Of a stretch of DNA of 64,000 nucleotides, positions 44,257-54,199 are shown piece after piece (position 1 is the stretch's first letter; each line of letters opens with the position of its first letter). Origin of the DNA: Pseudomonas phage BRkr; sequence record LC765218.1; one strand, written 5' to 3'. The translations under genes and the position numbers were made by a program. The notes under the pieces were generated by a model. It saw only the letters and a program-made list of their open reading frames with translations. It had not been told where the DNA came from and searched no databases.

Positions 44257-45525
44257 ATGTTCGAATCATTATTAGCAGTTCTTAATAAGTACGATGATAC
44301 ATTTCCACCAGGATCACAAATTCCAATTGCTGGTAGTGATTACTTTAGTTATTTCGGTGGGTTTAAAGCAGGCCTACCACAACCTGAAGCATTCTCTAAT
44401 CTAGTTGGTTTCACAGAGGGTACATTACACACTAGTGAAACAACTTGGTTTAAATACAAAGAGAATAACAGACTTATTTATTTACCGAAAACACCTTTTA
44501 GACGAGGCGCTGCTAGATCGATTATAGAGAACCATGGACTCATCGATGGTAAGGAAATACAGATCGGTAGACATAAGTTCCTATGTCGTGTTATGACGGG
44601 TATTGATAACCCTGGTGCCAGTGCAACTGGTGGCGGCGAATATAACCGTTTGGTTTATTCGATGGTAATACCCAGACAATCTGGTGCAGCGGCATTTGAG
44701 TCATTCTCAACAAGTGACTTTGGTTTAGCTAGTACCGGTGGGGCTAATTGGGTACGTGAAGTCCAAACTACTGGTACTGACGTAGGTAAAGGCTTCTATC
44801 GTGGTTTTAATTCAATCAGCTATGTGGGTAGAGAAGTAGCTGGTTCAAATATGAATAACTACGGATGGCGTCCAATTCTAATTTGGATTGACCCGGACAT
44901 TATTCCATCGAAAGGACCTGGTACTGAATCACTTATAGCCGGTAATGACGATATAGGTTACTTTGGTCGTGTCCCATCTAGTGAATTAATTACAGCATCT
45001 GCGTTAGCTACCTTAGTTGGTTTGAGCGAGGGGACTGTTCTTAATGAGGCACCGGACTGGTTTAAGTTCTCTCACAGAAGTACCATTCTTTATATCCCAC
45101 AAAAACCACTCAAAAACAACATGACATGGAATTCTCTGGCAAGTGCTGGATTGAATGGTAGGGGTAAACGAATCACTATCGGTGACAACGTATACCAGTG
45201 TCGATTGATGTATATTGGCGCTACCGATACAGGTATAACCAATAACGCTGCTCCAGGAAGAGAATGGCGTGATCTAATGTATAACGTCCATGGAACTGTA
45301 ACCGGTACAAAGGCATGGGAAAACTTAACCAACGCTGATCTCGGGGTAGGTGGACAAGGAGCCGGTAGTTATAGCTGGGGTCAGGAAACTGGCTTAGTCG
45401 ATGGTAAAACAGCATATGCCGGTATCGGTTATAGTAACATGTCCCAGTTGAATATTAACGTACCCACCAATACGGGTGCACATATGGGTTGGCGTCCTGT
45501 TCTAGAGTTGATTGGTAAAGCTTAA
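44257..45525 (+). CDS. hypothetical protein built from two tandem ~210-aa repeats (possible fibre/receptor-binding or other structural protein)
   Basis: Halves align: EAFSNLVGFTEGTLHTSETTWFKYKENNRLIYLPKTPF...GWRPILIWIDPD versus ASALATLVGLSEGTVLNEAPDWFKFSHRSTILYIPQKPL...GWRPVLELIGKA. Confidence 0.6.
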   Translation: MFESLLAVLNKYDDTFPPGSQIPIAGSDYFSYFGGFKAGLPQPEAFSNLVGFTEGTLHTSETTWFKYKENNRLIYLPKTPFRRGAARSIIENHGLIDGKEIQIGRHKFLCRVMTGIDNPGASATGGGEYNRLVYSMVIPRQSGAAAFESFSTSDFGLASTGGANWVREVQTTGTDVGKGFYRGFNSISYVGREVAGSNMNNYGWRPILIWIDPDIIPSKGPGTESLIAGNDDIGYFGRVPSSELITASALATLVGLSEGTVLNEAPDWFKFSHRSTILYIPQKPLKNNMTWNSLASAGLNGRGKRITIGDNVYQCRLMYIGATDTGITNNAAPGREWRDLMYNVHGTVTGTKAWENLTNADLGVGGQGAGSYSWGQETGLVDGKTAYAGIGYSNMSQLNINVPTNTGAHMGWRPVLELIGKA

Positions 45526-45534
45526 CGGCATAAA

Positions 45535-45554
45535 GCCACACCTAATGGTGGGGC
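45535..45554. terminator. bidirectional imperfect hairpin between convergent genes (aacggcataaag flank)
   Basis: gccacacc-taat-ggtggggc with one mismatch. Confidence 0.4.
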
Positions 45555-45563
45555 AATATGTTG

Positions 45564-45932
45564 TCAATACCCTTTATTCAAGAGTTCTGCTAAAGCGCGT
45601 GCTTGTGAGATATTAGTCGATGCAAAGACATCAGAAAGATATCCTTCGTTTGCTTCAGCTCCTTTACGAAGTTCTTTCATCAGGTCAGGATTCGCCTTTG
45701 CCCATGTTTCCCATAGAGCTAAATATGCATCCCATGAGTTTATAGGACTCAACGGAGGCTTGCCTTTACCGAGCTTCCAATTAGTACCACCAACATCATA
45801 ACCTTTAACATCGCATTGGTAGTGCATCTCAATAGTTCGGCCATCGGGCATTACAGCATTTAAGGCGGAGAACCTTTTATCGCCAACGGAGGAACATTCG
45901 TATCCTCCGCGACGTTTCCATCGATATATCAC
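45564..45932 (-). CDS. hypothetical protein
   Basis: 122-aa ORF; 4-nt overlap with the upstream minus gene. Confidence 0.5.
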   Translation of the reverse strand: MIYRWKRRGGYECSSVGDKRFSALNAVMPDGRTIEMHYQCDVKGYDVGGTNWKLGKGKPPLSPINSWDAYLALWETWAKANPDLMKELRKGAEANEGYLSDVFASTNISQARALAELLNKGY

Positions 45933-47872
45933 TTTGGGGAGTTAGCCTTCTTATCCAAATAAAGCTTCAGCATCTCATCCAGCTTCGGAGCCTTCATGAT
46001 TTTCTGACAGATCTCAATGGCATTAACACGTCCACCTGTCAAGTTCACACCTACTTCTCGACGATGATGTTCGGAGATATCTTTCATCATGGAGAATTCC
46101 ATGACAGTTGTTTCCCGAGCGATATTGAGAATCTGACTAACGTTCGGATAAGTCGAAACGATGTCAAGGTCAGCTACGTGACTAAAGATCAAAGTCTTGT
46201 AATCAGGTAAGTCCTTAACACACTTCAACCCATTTGGACCAGCCATATAGGACGGCAGTGTAACAATCCAGCTATCATGACCTACAACGTATTGATCTAG
46301 CTCGTGAACCATCTGGTCGGAGCTAGTGCCAATTACGCATGGCTCAGGACGGTTCAGATACCAGAAGTGCATGTCATCACAGAGACGCTTCGGGTTAGAG
46401 CTGAAGTTCTTATAGTCAGAAGACTTAGAGAACAGAGTAATCGAACTAGCAAGGTCGTTGATCTTTTCATCCAGTTGTTCCAGACGAATGGAGTCAATGA
46501 TGTTGTAAAGACCATAACGAACCTTGTGGTTCTTCTGCATCTCAATGTGCCATTCGATACCACCAAGGTGATCAGTTTCAGCAAACTTAAGTTTACCAAA
46601 GTTCATTGTGTAACGAACATGGTTACCTAGGTGCACAGTTTCACCCCAAGTGAAATGCTCTACCGGTGTCCAATCATCCTCTTTACCGCTATAGTTAACA
46701 AACAGATACGGATAACTACCAGGACGTTCTACCAGAAGTTTATCAAGACTCTTCTTGAATTTAATCAGATCTTCTTCACCAAGAATCTCTGTCTCTTCAT
46801 CAACGTTTAGCTCCTTCTTAAGAATATAGTCGAGAGCATACGAAGGCTCTTTACCTTTAGCAAGACGAGTTACCCGATACGTAGACATCGCATCAATGGG
46901 TTGGAAAGAGGCAGGACATGTAATCCAATGCCACTGATCTTCAGGTCCCTTAGATTTAGTAACACCAGAAGCGGTAGTTGTCATCGCCTGGTCTTGGCGG
47001 AAATGGAAATACTTGTAATTATTAGGAACAGACGGATCGCTAAATACAAGTGCCGGATCAACTCCTGCATCTTCCAGGGTCTTCAAGATTCGACTCATGT
47101 CGAAGCTGATGTTCCAGAAAGAGAAGAAGTCTGGTTTCCATTCGTGTAGCCGCTTAATACAGTTAATGACAATGTGAACTGGTTGATCAACCACTTCGAT
47201 TTCTATTTTAAGATTACGGCCATTACGAAGTGCAACCAATTCAGGAATACGTTCTAGTTCCTCGAACGTTTCTTTCACGGGGTCTTTAAGATCACTAACC
47301 CAATGTTTAAGATAGGCAAGATAAACGTTTTCTTTATGGCTTACGGACATACAGATAATCTGTCCGTCTTTTCCATCTTCGTAAACGTTGGTCTCAATAT
47401 CACCACCTGCTACCGTGTTACGAGAAATGAGATCAGGTGCAGCAGTTCGATAATCGTTCTTCAAGCAGCATACAGAACTAACGTCCGCACCATACAGGTA
47501 AGGACTTCGACTCAGTTGACGAAGCCTAGGGTTAGGTCCCATGCTGTAATCACCCAGAGCTTTAGCAATCGCATGCGGCATGTTAATCTGGGTAGACTTA
47601 CGTTTAATAAGCTTACTAGCGTACTCATAGTCTTTCTTCTCATGATAAGTACGCTGGCTTTCTTTTTTATTTGCTTCAGGATCCAGCCACCATGGCCGTT
47701 CATAATCCTCAATAAACCTCAGTCGTGGAATCCTGCGTTTATCTTTAAGATGCACGACTTCTTTAACAACATGTAAGTCATGCTTACGGTGATTCCTATC
47801 GGTGACGTATGTAATATGTTTAGCCTCGACACCGATTACATCTTCTTTACTGAAAGAAATATTATCACTCAT
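45929..47872 (-). CDS. family B DNA polymerase, N-terminal part (3'-5' exonuclease motifs I-III plus polymerase motif A)
   Basis: Exo I VAGGDIETNV, Exo II WNISFDMSRIL (YxxxFD type), Exo III YGLYNIIDSI, and motif A HVADLDIVSTYPNV (DxxSxYPS); the protein ends ~100 aa after motif A with no motif B/C, which are found in 8797-10947 (+). Confidence 0.65.
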   Translation of the reverse strand: MSDNISFSKEDVIGVEAKHITYVTDRNHRKHDLHVVKEVVHLKDKRRIPRLRFIEDYERPWWLDPEANKKESQRTYHEKKDYEYASKLIKRKSTQINMPHAIAKALGDYSMGPNPRLRQLSRSPYLYGADVSSVCCLKNDYRTAAPDLISRNTVAGGDIETNVYEDGKDGQIICMSVSHKENVYLAYLKHWVSDLKDPVKETFEELERIPELVALRNGRNLKIEIEVVDQPVHIVINCIKRLHEWKPDFFSFWNISFDMSRILKTLEDAGVDPALVFSDPSVPNNYKYFHFRQDQAMTTTASGVTKSKGPEDQWHWITCPASFQPIDAMSTYRVTRLAKGKEPSYALDYILKKELNVDEETEILGEEDLIKFKKSLDKLLVERPGSYPYLFVNYSGKEDDWTPVEHFTWGETVHLGNHVRYTMNFGKLKFAETDHLGGIEWHIEMQKNHKVRYGLYNIIDSIRLEQLDEKINDLASSITLFSKSSDYKNFSSNPKRLCDDMHFWYLNRPEPCVIGTSSDQMVHELDQYVVGHDSWIVTLPSYMAGPNGLKCVKDLPDYKTLIFSHVADLDIVSTYPNVSQILNIARETTVMEFSMMKDISEHHRREVGVNLTGGRVNAIEICQKIMKAPKLDEMLKLYLDKKANSPK

Positions 47873-47980
47873 TTTTGAGCTTCCTTTTTAAAACTTAAAT
47901 CACGTAGTATTAATCACCAGAGTAATCTCTCATTCGAGCTTTACTTTATGATTAATAAAACTGACGAGTAGGCCACTCTC

Positions 47981-49228
47981 ATGTATAACCGATACACTAT
48001 CTCTCAAGAGATGTTAGTAGTTGGAGCTAAATCCAACATTGGACCGATCACTGAAAAATACGTTACTCTTATCAGAGAAGCGTATAAAAAGGACAAGATC
48101 ATTCCCGTTAGTTTGTTTACTGATTTTGCAAAAGAATTAAAAGTTGAAACCGGTATTAATTACGAGTTTACTGTCAGTGGTGACTCCGGATTAGACGCCG
48201 GCGTTAGCCTAGAAATGATGGCGTTGGGTCATAGCGGTACTTGGTATAATGCACATAAGTGGCTTCGAGCAGAGAACAGCTATAACGATCCGCGGAAACT
48301 TGAAACCATTATCGATGTTAAGAACGTTCGTGTTAAAGGTGGTCTCGCCGATGAACTGAAGTTTAAGATGTATATCTCTCTTGGGTTCATTAGTGAGAAA
48401 CTAGGTTTCACCATTCGTGAAGTAACTGCTGCTCTTGTTCACGAAATAGGACACACCTTTAACGTCTTTATGTACATGGGCGACTACGTATGGCTTAACT
48501 ATTATCTTACAGATGGAATTGAAATTCTACAAGGTAAGAAAAACAACGTATTCAAGCTTGAGGTTCTCACCGATAAATGGTTGAAGGAAAACCTTAAAGA
48601 AGAAGAATACCAGGCCTACATTAATGACCGCTCTGATATCGGTAACGTTCGCCGTGCTATTCTATCTGCTTATAAAAAGGCACCACGACACCATTTGATG
48701 AATAACCCCGTTACAGCAATGCGACGTGAAGAGCAGATGGCAGATATGTTTGCCTCTCGTTTGGGTTATGGTCGTGATCTAGCGACATGCCTCCATAAGT
48801 TCGATAAATACTACGGAATGGAGTACCAAGAGTCTGGGTACATCATGTTGATTATCCATGCCTTGGCCATGCTTTGGTTCTCACCATTAGTCATGTTGGT
48901 TATTCTTACAAATAGCGAAGTAGATGAATTCAATTTCTCTGCACGTTACGATGACCCACGTGAACGAATCATGAAAGTCCGTCGAGATCTTATTGCTCAA
49001 CTACGTAGAACTGATACAGTTAAAGATAAAGCTTCGATGAGTGATGATGTTAAAGCTATCGATGACATTATTCGAGACTTTTCTAATAACCGTAATTTGT
49101 TCGATACCGTCCTAGAATTCTTCCGTCCAGCTCGTCGTAAAGAAACTCAGTATAAACGAACTGAAGAGAATCTTGAGACATTGCTGAACAATGATTTGTT
49201 CTTACAAGCTTTCCGCTTAACTCAATAA
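47981..49228 (+). CDS. putative zinc metallopeptidase (HExxH)
   Basis: LVHEIGHTFNV contains the HExxH zinc-binding motif; 415 aa; otherwise unrecognised. Confidence 0.5.
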   Translation: MYNRYTISQEMLVVGAKSNIGPITEKYVTLIREAYKKDKIIPVSLFTDFAKELKVETGINYEFTVSGDSGLDAGVSLEMMALGHSGTWYNAHKWLRAENSYNDPRKLETIIDVKNVRVKGGLADELKFKMYISLGFISEKLGFTIREVTAALVHEIGHTFNVFMYMGDYVWLNYYLTDGIEILQGKKNNVFKLEVLTDKWLKENLKEEEYQAYINDRSDIGNVRRAILSAYKKAPRHHLMNNPVTAMRREEQMADMFASRLGYGRDLATCLHKFDKYYGMEYQESGYIMLIIHALAMLWFSPLVMLVILTNSEVDEFNFSARYDDPRERIMKVRRDLIAQLRRTDTVKDKASMSDDVKAIDDIIRDFSNNRNLFDTVLEFFRPARRKETQYKRTEENLETLLNNDLFLQAFRLTQ

Positions 49229-49243
49229 ACAAGGTAGACCGAA

Positions 49244-49684
49244 ATGCGTACTGGTTTTGAAATTGCCCGTATCCTGAAAGAAATTAAATCCCCGACCAAC
49301 AATGATCGTCAAGCTCGCGCCATGTTTGTAGCTAACGCTGTTGGTTTCTTTGTCCAGCTTGATCCATCTCTTTCTTGTGAAGAGTTGATTGATGCACACA
49401 TGCCTATGTTGAAGAAGGTAGCTGGCCAGGTTAACGAGAATATTGCTCTCGACCTGAATCTGACTCGTGAACTCTTTAAACAAGTCATCCGTATCCGATT
49501 GGAACTGATTAACTGTGTTAGCGATCCAGCTATCATTGAAGCTGCAATGAAATCCGTTACAGCAGAAGATTATCAGACAATCGATGAAACCGCTACCGCT
49601 AACATGCTTGCCAGTCGTTTTGATTTCGCTAAGAGTCAAAATGCTATAGCCAGTGTTCTGCGTCAGCTTGAAGTAGAAGGCTAA
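49244..49684 (+). CDS. hypothetical protein
   Basis: 146-aa ORF. Confidence 0.5.
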   Translation: MRTGFEIARILKEIKSPTNNDRQARAMFVANAVGFFVQLDPSLSCEELIDAHMPMLKKVAGQVNENIALDLNLTRELFKQVIRIRLELINCVSDPAIIEAAMKSVTAEDYQTIDETATANMLASRFDFAKSQNAIASVLRQLEVEG

Positions 49685-49701
49685 TTCAGGGAGGGGTCGT
49701 C

Positions 49702-50004
49702 ATGATCGACCATACCCATGATGACTTAGTTCACCCGCGTATTACAAAAGCATACGCAAAGTCATTAATCGTAAAAGAGAAGATCATCTCTGACCCTGAA
49801 ATGTTGGTGACAGTCTGCATTACTAAATTACGTAATGGCCATCGGATTGTCACCGATGCAATTGTAGCGAATAAAGCAGCATTTGATTCTAAGCGTGGAG
49901 TTGTAGTAGCCAGGCGAAAAGCAATTGAAGAAATTATTCGTTTAGAATTGTACCTCTTACGTGACAAGCTTTACGAGCATTCTAAAGGTAATGAAAATGC
50001 ATGA
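49702..50004 (+). CDS. hypothetical protein
   Basis: 100-aa ORF; GAGGGG RBS. Confidence 0.45.
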   Translation: MIDHTHDDLVHPRITKAYAKSLIVKEKIISDPEMLVTVCITKLRNGHRIVTDAIVANKAAFDSKRGVVVARRKAIEEIIRLELYLLRDKLYEHSKGNENA

Positions 50005-51235
50005 ACACGATAACGTTCTTATTGAAGGACAACGACAGTTAGGTGAAGAGCTTGAAGCAGCTCCCGTCCGTGGAGTTCAGCTCGATCCAAATCTGCAAGA
50101 AAAGCTACATGCTGCATTGGAGCATATTAGCACGCTAGACGATCTACGTTCTACTATCCGTGCCGAAGGTGTTAGTTCGCATGATATCACAGCTCTTCGT
50201 GGTATCCATAGTTCCATGGAAGCTATTGGTTTGAATGTGCCAGTACTACCATCTCTGGAAAACTATAACGCTCTATTCACGCCCACACGTACTAGCTTGA
50301 ATCTAAAGGTTTCTAATGAAGCTATTGGTTCGGCTATTATGGCTACCATTAAAGAATGGTTCCATGTACTGGTTGACTTTATTGTAAAGACAATCCGTTG
50401 GGTTAAGTCAGTTGAGATGAATGACGAAGTGATCCAAGGTAGGATCGTTTCTATTAACGAAAAAATCGTTAAATTAGAATCCAACTGGAAAGAGATGCAA
50501 GCTTTGAACCGTTTGGGTAATCGTAATCTTGATCGTAAGTATTACGAAGCTGCCGAAGTGGTTCTACTTGATCCTAAGCTACCCCGCTCCGATATCGGCC
50601 TGTTGGCTTTTGGTGTAGATGATGATCTTCGTCGAATCCGAAATATCCAACAAGAAGCACAAAAATTTGGTGCACAACTGCTGGAGCAAATTCGACAGCT
50701 TCGTCAAGTAATGGACCGCTCTCGTTTAGAACTTGGCTTTGAATCTCATATTGGACCACGACTACAGTCTCTGGCAGAAACGCTGAAGAACATGGATAGT
50801 CAGTCTGACGATCCTAACTTCTATATCAAACACAAACGAGTTGGTATTCGTTTCTTTGAAGATACTAAACGCATGTTAAAGCGTGAGCCAATTACATATA
50901 AGTTCATCTATGAGCTCTATGGTAAATGTGCAGACGAACTGCGTAAAGTGAATCGATTTGATCTAGAAGAATCTGTTGTACCACTTCCTAAACTTCAGGC
51001 TGTTATTGCCAACGTTAACGCTGGTATTGAAGCACTGAATGACATGGTTAAGGTATTCAGCCGTATTCCTCTTTATCAGTACAAAGCTGGTGCAACATAT
51101 GCCAACTTCTTCATCAAGGCGCACGACATCGTTCGTGAGGATTTCTATGCTCATGTCGCAAGTGACGTAGCTAATGCCGCCTGGGATAAACTGATTAAGC
51201 GTTTTGAAGATATCAAACGTGAGCTTGGTATTTGA
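49991..51235 (+). CDS. member of a paralogous protein family (inner-body-like), see 59296 and 62010
   Basis: ORF 49961-51235 trimmed to ATG 49991; RTSLNLKVSNEAIGSAIMATIKEWFHVLVDFIVKTIRWV block resembles RTFNLKVKATGLEAF...AVYKKIQELLAKLIEYIKNF of 59296. Confidence 0.5.
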   Translation: MKMHEHDNVLIEGQRQLGEELEAAPVRGVQLDPNLQEKLHAALEHISTLDDLRSTIRAEGVSSHDITALRGIHSSMEAIGLNVPVLPSLENYNALFTPTRTSLNLKVSNEAIGSAIMATIKEWFHVLVDFIVKTIRWVKSVEMNDEVIQGRIVSINEKIVKLESNWKEMQALNRLGNRNLDRKYYEAAEVVLLDPKLPRSDIGLLAFGVDDDLRRIRNIQQEAQKFGAQLLEQIRQLRQVMDRSRLELGFESHIGPRLQSLAETLKNMDSQSDDPNFYIKHKRVGIRFFEDTKRMLKREPITYKFIYELYGKCADELRKVNRFDLEESVVPLPKLQAVIANVNAGIEALNDMVKVFSRIPLYQYKAGATYANFFIKAHDIVREDFYAHVASDVANAAWDKLIKRFEDIKRELGI

Positions 51236-51237
51236 CA

Positions 51238-51270
51238 ACATAAAGCCCGGCATTGAGCCGGGCTTTATGT
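51238..51270. terminator. perfect palindromic bidirectional element acataaagcccggc-attga-gccgggctttatgt
   Basis: 14-bp stem including the CATAAAG/CTTTATG arms, between convergent genes 49991-51235 and 51274-54189. Confidence 0.65.
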
Positions 51271-51273
51271 CGT

Positions 51274-54189
51274 TTAGTTATTCAGTACTTCGTGTTTAAG
51301 GAAGTTGAATTGAACGTCGTCTTCTACAGTTAACTCTTGGTTAGCAAGAACAACAAGCTTCTTACGAATCGCGAGGCGAACAGCATCATCTTCAACTGTA
51401 AGAATGGCGTAGTTATTAGTGCCACCCAAACCGAATACCTCAAGTGCCTGTACCCCGTCACCAGACGTCGCTTCAAGTTGAGCAACTGTATCAGACATCG
51501 ATACAGTCTTACGACTGATGTATTCATTAAGTACAGACTTACCGTTAGCCATAAGGCTAGGTCGAATTGTAGTATTGGTATATTCAGCTGGTTTCAGATA
51601 GAAACTAAGAGTGAATGCTTGATCGACGGAGATGGTAGCTTTCTGACCTTCACGTACGGTAACAGTAGTATCACCATAAGTGGTAGTCGGATAGAGATAC
51701 ATCTCACACATTTCAAGTAACTGTGCATCGAGGATACTGATGTCATTCTCAAGCCATGTAACGAATTCCATCGGAATTTCGACTTTGTAGTCAAGTGCCG
51801 ATTTTTCATTGGCAAAGTAGAATAGTCCATCAACCATCATTAAAGTAATTTCACGTAGACGCTTACGCGGTGCAACCAAAATAGGTTTACCGTTTGAGTC
51901 TAACATTACATCGCCTTTCTGGTGCTTGCGAACCTGATTACCTTGTGCATCCAATACCGGATCACCTTTACGATGAAGTATCTCATAATCGAGAGTACCA
52001 TCAGGTTTAATCGTTACAATGATGTTACCTGCTTCATCGCGTTTATATTCGTTTTCCTCATAGAACCACATTACATCATGTTCCCAGTGCTGATAAGACT
52101 CATCACCAAGTACAGTACGACTACGTCGCCACATTTTGGTCATGTCATAACCAAGTGTTGTAACTAGACGTTCACGGTTGACAACCATGAATTGTTGTGG
52201 CAATAGGTGGGCTTGAACCATTTCATCGATCTGGTTAGGTTGATAACCAGGTGTACTCGTATTAACAACAAGGATAGTGATATCAAACATGTTATTTAGA
52301 GTACTCGCGAAATTGTTTTGCACCTCGGAGAACATCGACATGTTAGTCGTGTAGAGCTCGTTCTTGGAATTGATGTCATGATTAGTTTTGATATCAAAAG
52401 TAAATACGCGCTCACCGTCTTCGATACCAATGAACTTACCATTAACAGAAGCCCAGCGTACTTCACCAGCTGGCTGATAGCCAATTTGAAGTACAACTTG
52501 TTCATCAGCTAGTTTCTTGAACTGCTCACCAGATTCTAAACGAACTGTAATTCGATAACCTTCATCCGTTTTAACTATATCAAAGACATCGATAGCAGCT
52601 TGTAAATTAGCTGTGTCGTTCTCACCAACAAAAATCTTTTCGGTGATTGTTGGATTGTCTAAATAGTAGGGACGAACCTCAAAATTCTCACGCGATGCAT
52701 CTAGTACGTTATGGAAAGGAGAATACACGTAACGGCCATTGTTCATCTCACGTGCAATCTGTTCGGCAGTGCTGCCTTTTAGACGAGCAATCTCAGCATC
52801 AGCAACGGTGTTAACACGACCATTATTGAACGTGTAGAGCATACTAGGTTTGATCGTTAATCGATCACCATTGTCCGCTACATGTATAGAGCCCGCCAAA
52901 GACTCCATATCGACTTTAAGTTGCGACATGGCTACACCAGCACCAGAAATAACATCAAGCGACCTCGGAGCTCCTAGACGCCTTGAAGCGAGGAACTGTC
53001 TATTCGTAATGTTATCGATATTGGATACGAGTGTATAACCACGCCGATTAACAGCGTCAGTAATTTGAACGTTAGTAATAGGTACTTGGTTTGCACCGAG
53101 TGTATTATTAATAACCTGATTACGGAGTACGTTAAAATCAACCGAATTCGCACCTCCTTCTACTCGACCACGTGCCAGAGATTGAATGAGGTTAAACGTT
53201 GTCAATGGAGACACATACGAGCTATCGTCATCAATAGAGTTCAGATAGAACTTAAACTGGTTTGCTTTATAAGCACCTAGATCGCGATCCATCTTTCCTT
53301 GGGTAGTATAGATATCGATACGGATATCACCCTGTGCCATTCGTGTGTTTGTATAGATAGTTGGAATACTCACTTGGAGTTTATTACCAATAACTTTAAA
53401 CACAACGGTCAGTTCCATTGGGTCATAGACTAAAGCCGAGTGAGTCGTTTTAAGTTCCACCCAATTATCATCTTCAGTACGGCTGATGTACGCCCGCGCA
53501 TAGAAGAACTGATCGGTGAATGTATACGATTCTTGGAAAAGACTAGATGGGTTAAGAGATTCGGTATGTGTCTTTACTGCGAACTGATAGACCGGGATGC
53601 TAAGAGAAATAACCTTACGTCGATCAATGACGAGCATAGACCATGGTACAATGTTCGTCGATAGGGTTTCCACAGGTGACTTTTTATCGAGGACATATTC
53701 GATAGTAATACCACCGTGACGCATAACCCGAATTTCAATTGGGTACTGCATCGTGAATTTAATACCAGCTGCATCAAATTCCGTTAAGCGCGGTATAACT
53801 AGTTTCTTGATACCTGTATCTCCGACGGCCACTGCTTTAGCAATAACTTCATCGTAGGCAATCAAGAAATTGAAGGTTGTTCTAGCAGGAGAAGCAAAGC
53901 GTCCAATATAGTCATCATCTGACATGTGTTTATAGAGCTCTTCACTACCCAGCGAAAGACGTGGATACAGCTGACGTCCCAATGCCTCCATTTCACCAAT
54001 TGCCATCGCGGTTTCCATGGAACCGATCTCAAGCGAGAATACAAAAGGGATAGATGCATCTGGAATATCAGCAATGACGGCTCCATTACTAGAGCCGTTC
54101 ATTTGTGTATCCAGTTCATTAAGAGCGATGGTTTGCATCAACGCTGGATTACGTCGAGCACTATACATCCGTTCTTTAAACTGACTCAT
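51274..54189 (-). CDS. large hypothetical protein (971 aa; possibly virion structural)
   Basis: Long uninterrupted ORF, translationally coupled to the upstream minus gene (10-nt spacer with GGAAA); no Walker A or polymerase motifs. Confidence 0.6.
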   Translation of the reverse strand: MSQFKERMYSARRNPALMQTIALNELDTQMNGSSNGAVIADIPDASIPFVFSLEIGSMETAMAIGEMEALGRQLYPRLSLGSEELYKHMSDDDYIGRFASPARTTFNFLIAYDEVIAKAVAVGDTGIKKLVIPRLTEFDAAGIKFTMQYPIEIRVMRHGGITIEYVLDKKSPVETLSTNIVPWSMLVIDRRKVISLSIPVYQFAVKTHTESLNPSSLFQESYTFTDQFFYARAYISRTEDDNWVELKTTHSALVYDPMELTVVFKVIGNKLQVSIPTIYTNTRMAQGDIRIDIYTTQGKMDRDLGAYKANQFKFYLNSIDDDSSYVSPLTTFNLIQSLARGRVEGGANSVDFNVLRNQVINNTLGANQVPITNVQITDAVNRRGYTLVSNIDNITNRQFLASRRLGAPRSLDVISGAGVAMSQLKVDMESLAGSIHVADNGDRLTIKPSMLYTFNNGRVNTVADAEIARLKGSTAEQIAREMNNGRYVYSPFHNVLDASRENFEVRPYYLDNPTITEKIFVGENDTANLQAAIDVFDIVKTDEGYRITVRLESGEQFKKLADEQVVLQIGYQPAGEVRWASVNGKFIGIEDGERVFTFDIKTNHDINSKNELYTTNMSMFSEVQNNFASTLNNMFDITILVVNTSTPGYQPNQIDEMVQAHLLPQQFMVVNRERLVTTLGYDMTKMWRRSRTVLGDESYQHWEHDVMWFYEENEYKRDEAGNIIVTIKPDGTLDYEILHRKGDPVLDAQGNQVRKHQKGDVMLDSNGKPILVAPRKRLREITLMMVDGLFYFANEKSALDYKVEIPMEFVTWLENDISILDAQLLEMCEMYLYPTTTYGDTTVTVREGQKATISVDQAFTLSFYLKPAEYTNTTIRPSLMANGKSVLNEYISRKTVSMSDTVAQLEATSGDGVQALEVFGLGGTNNYAILTVEDDAVRLAIRKKLVVLANQELTVEDDVQFNFLKHEVLNN

Positions 54190-54199
54190 TAAAATTTCC

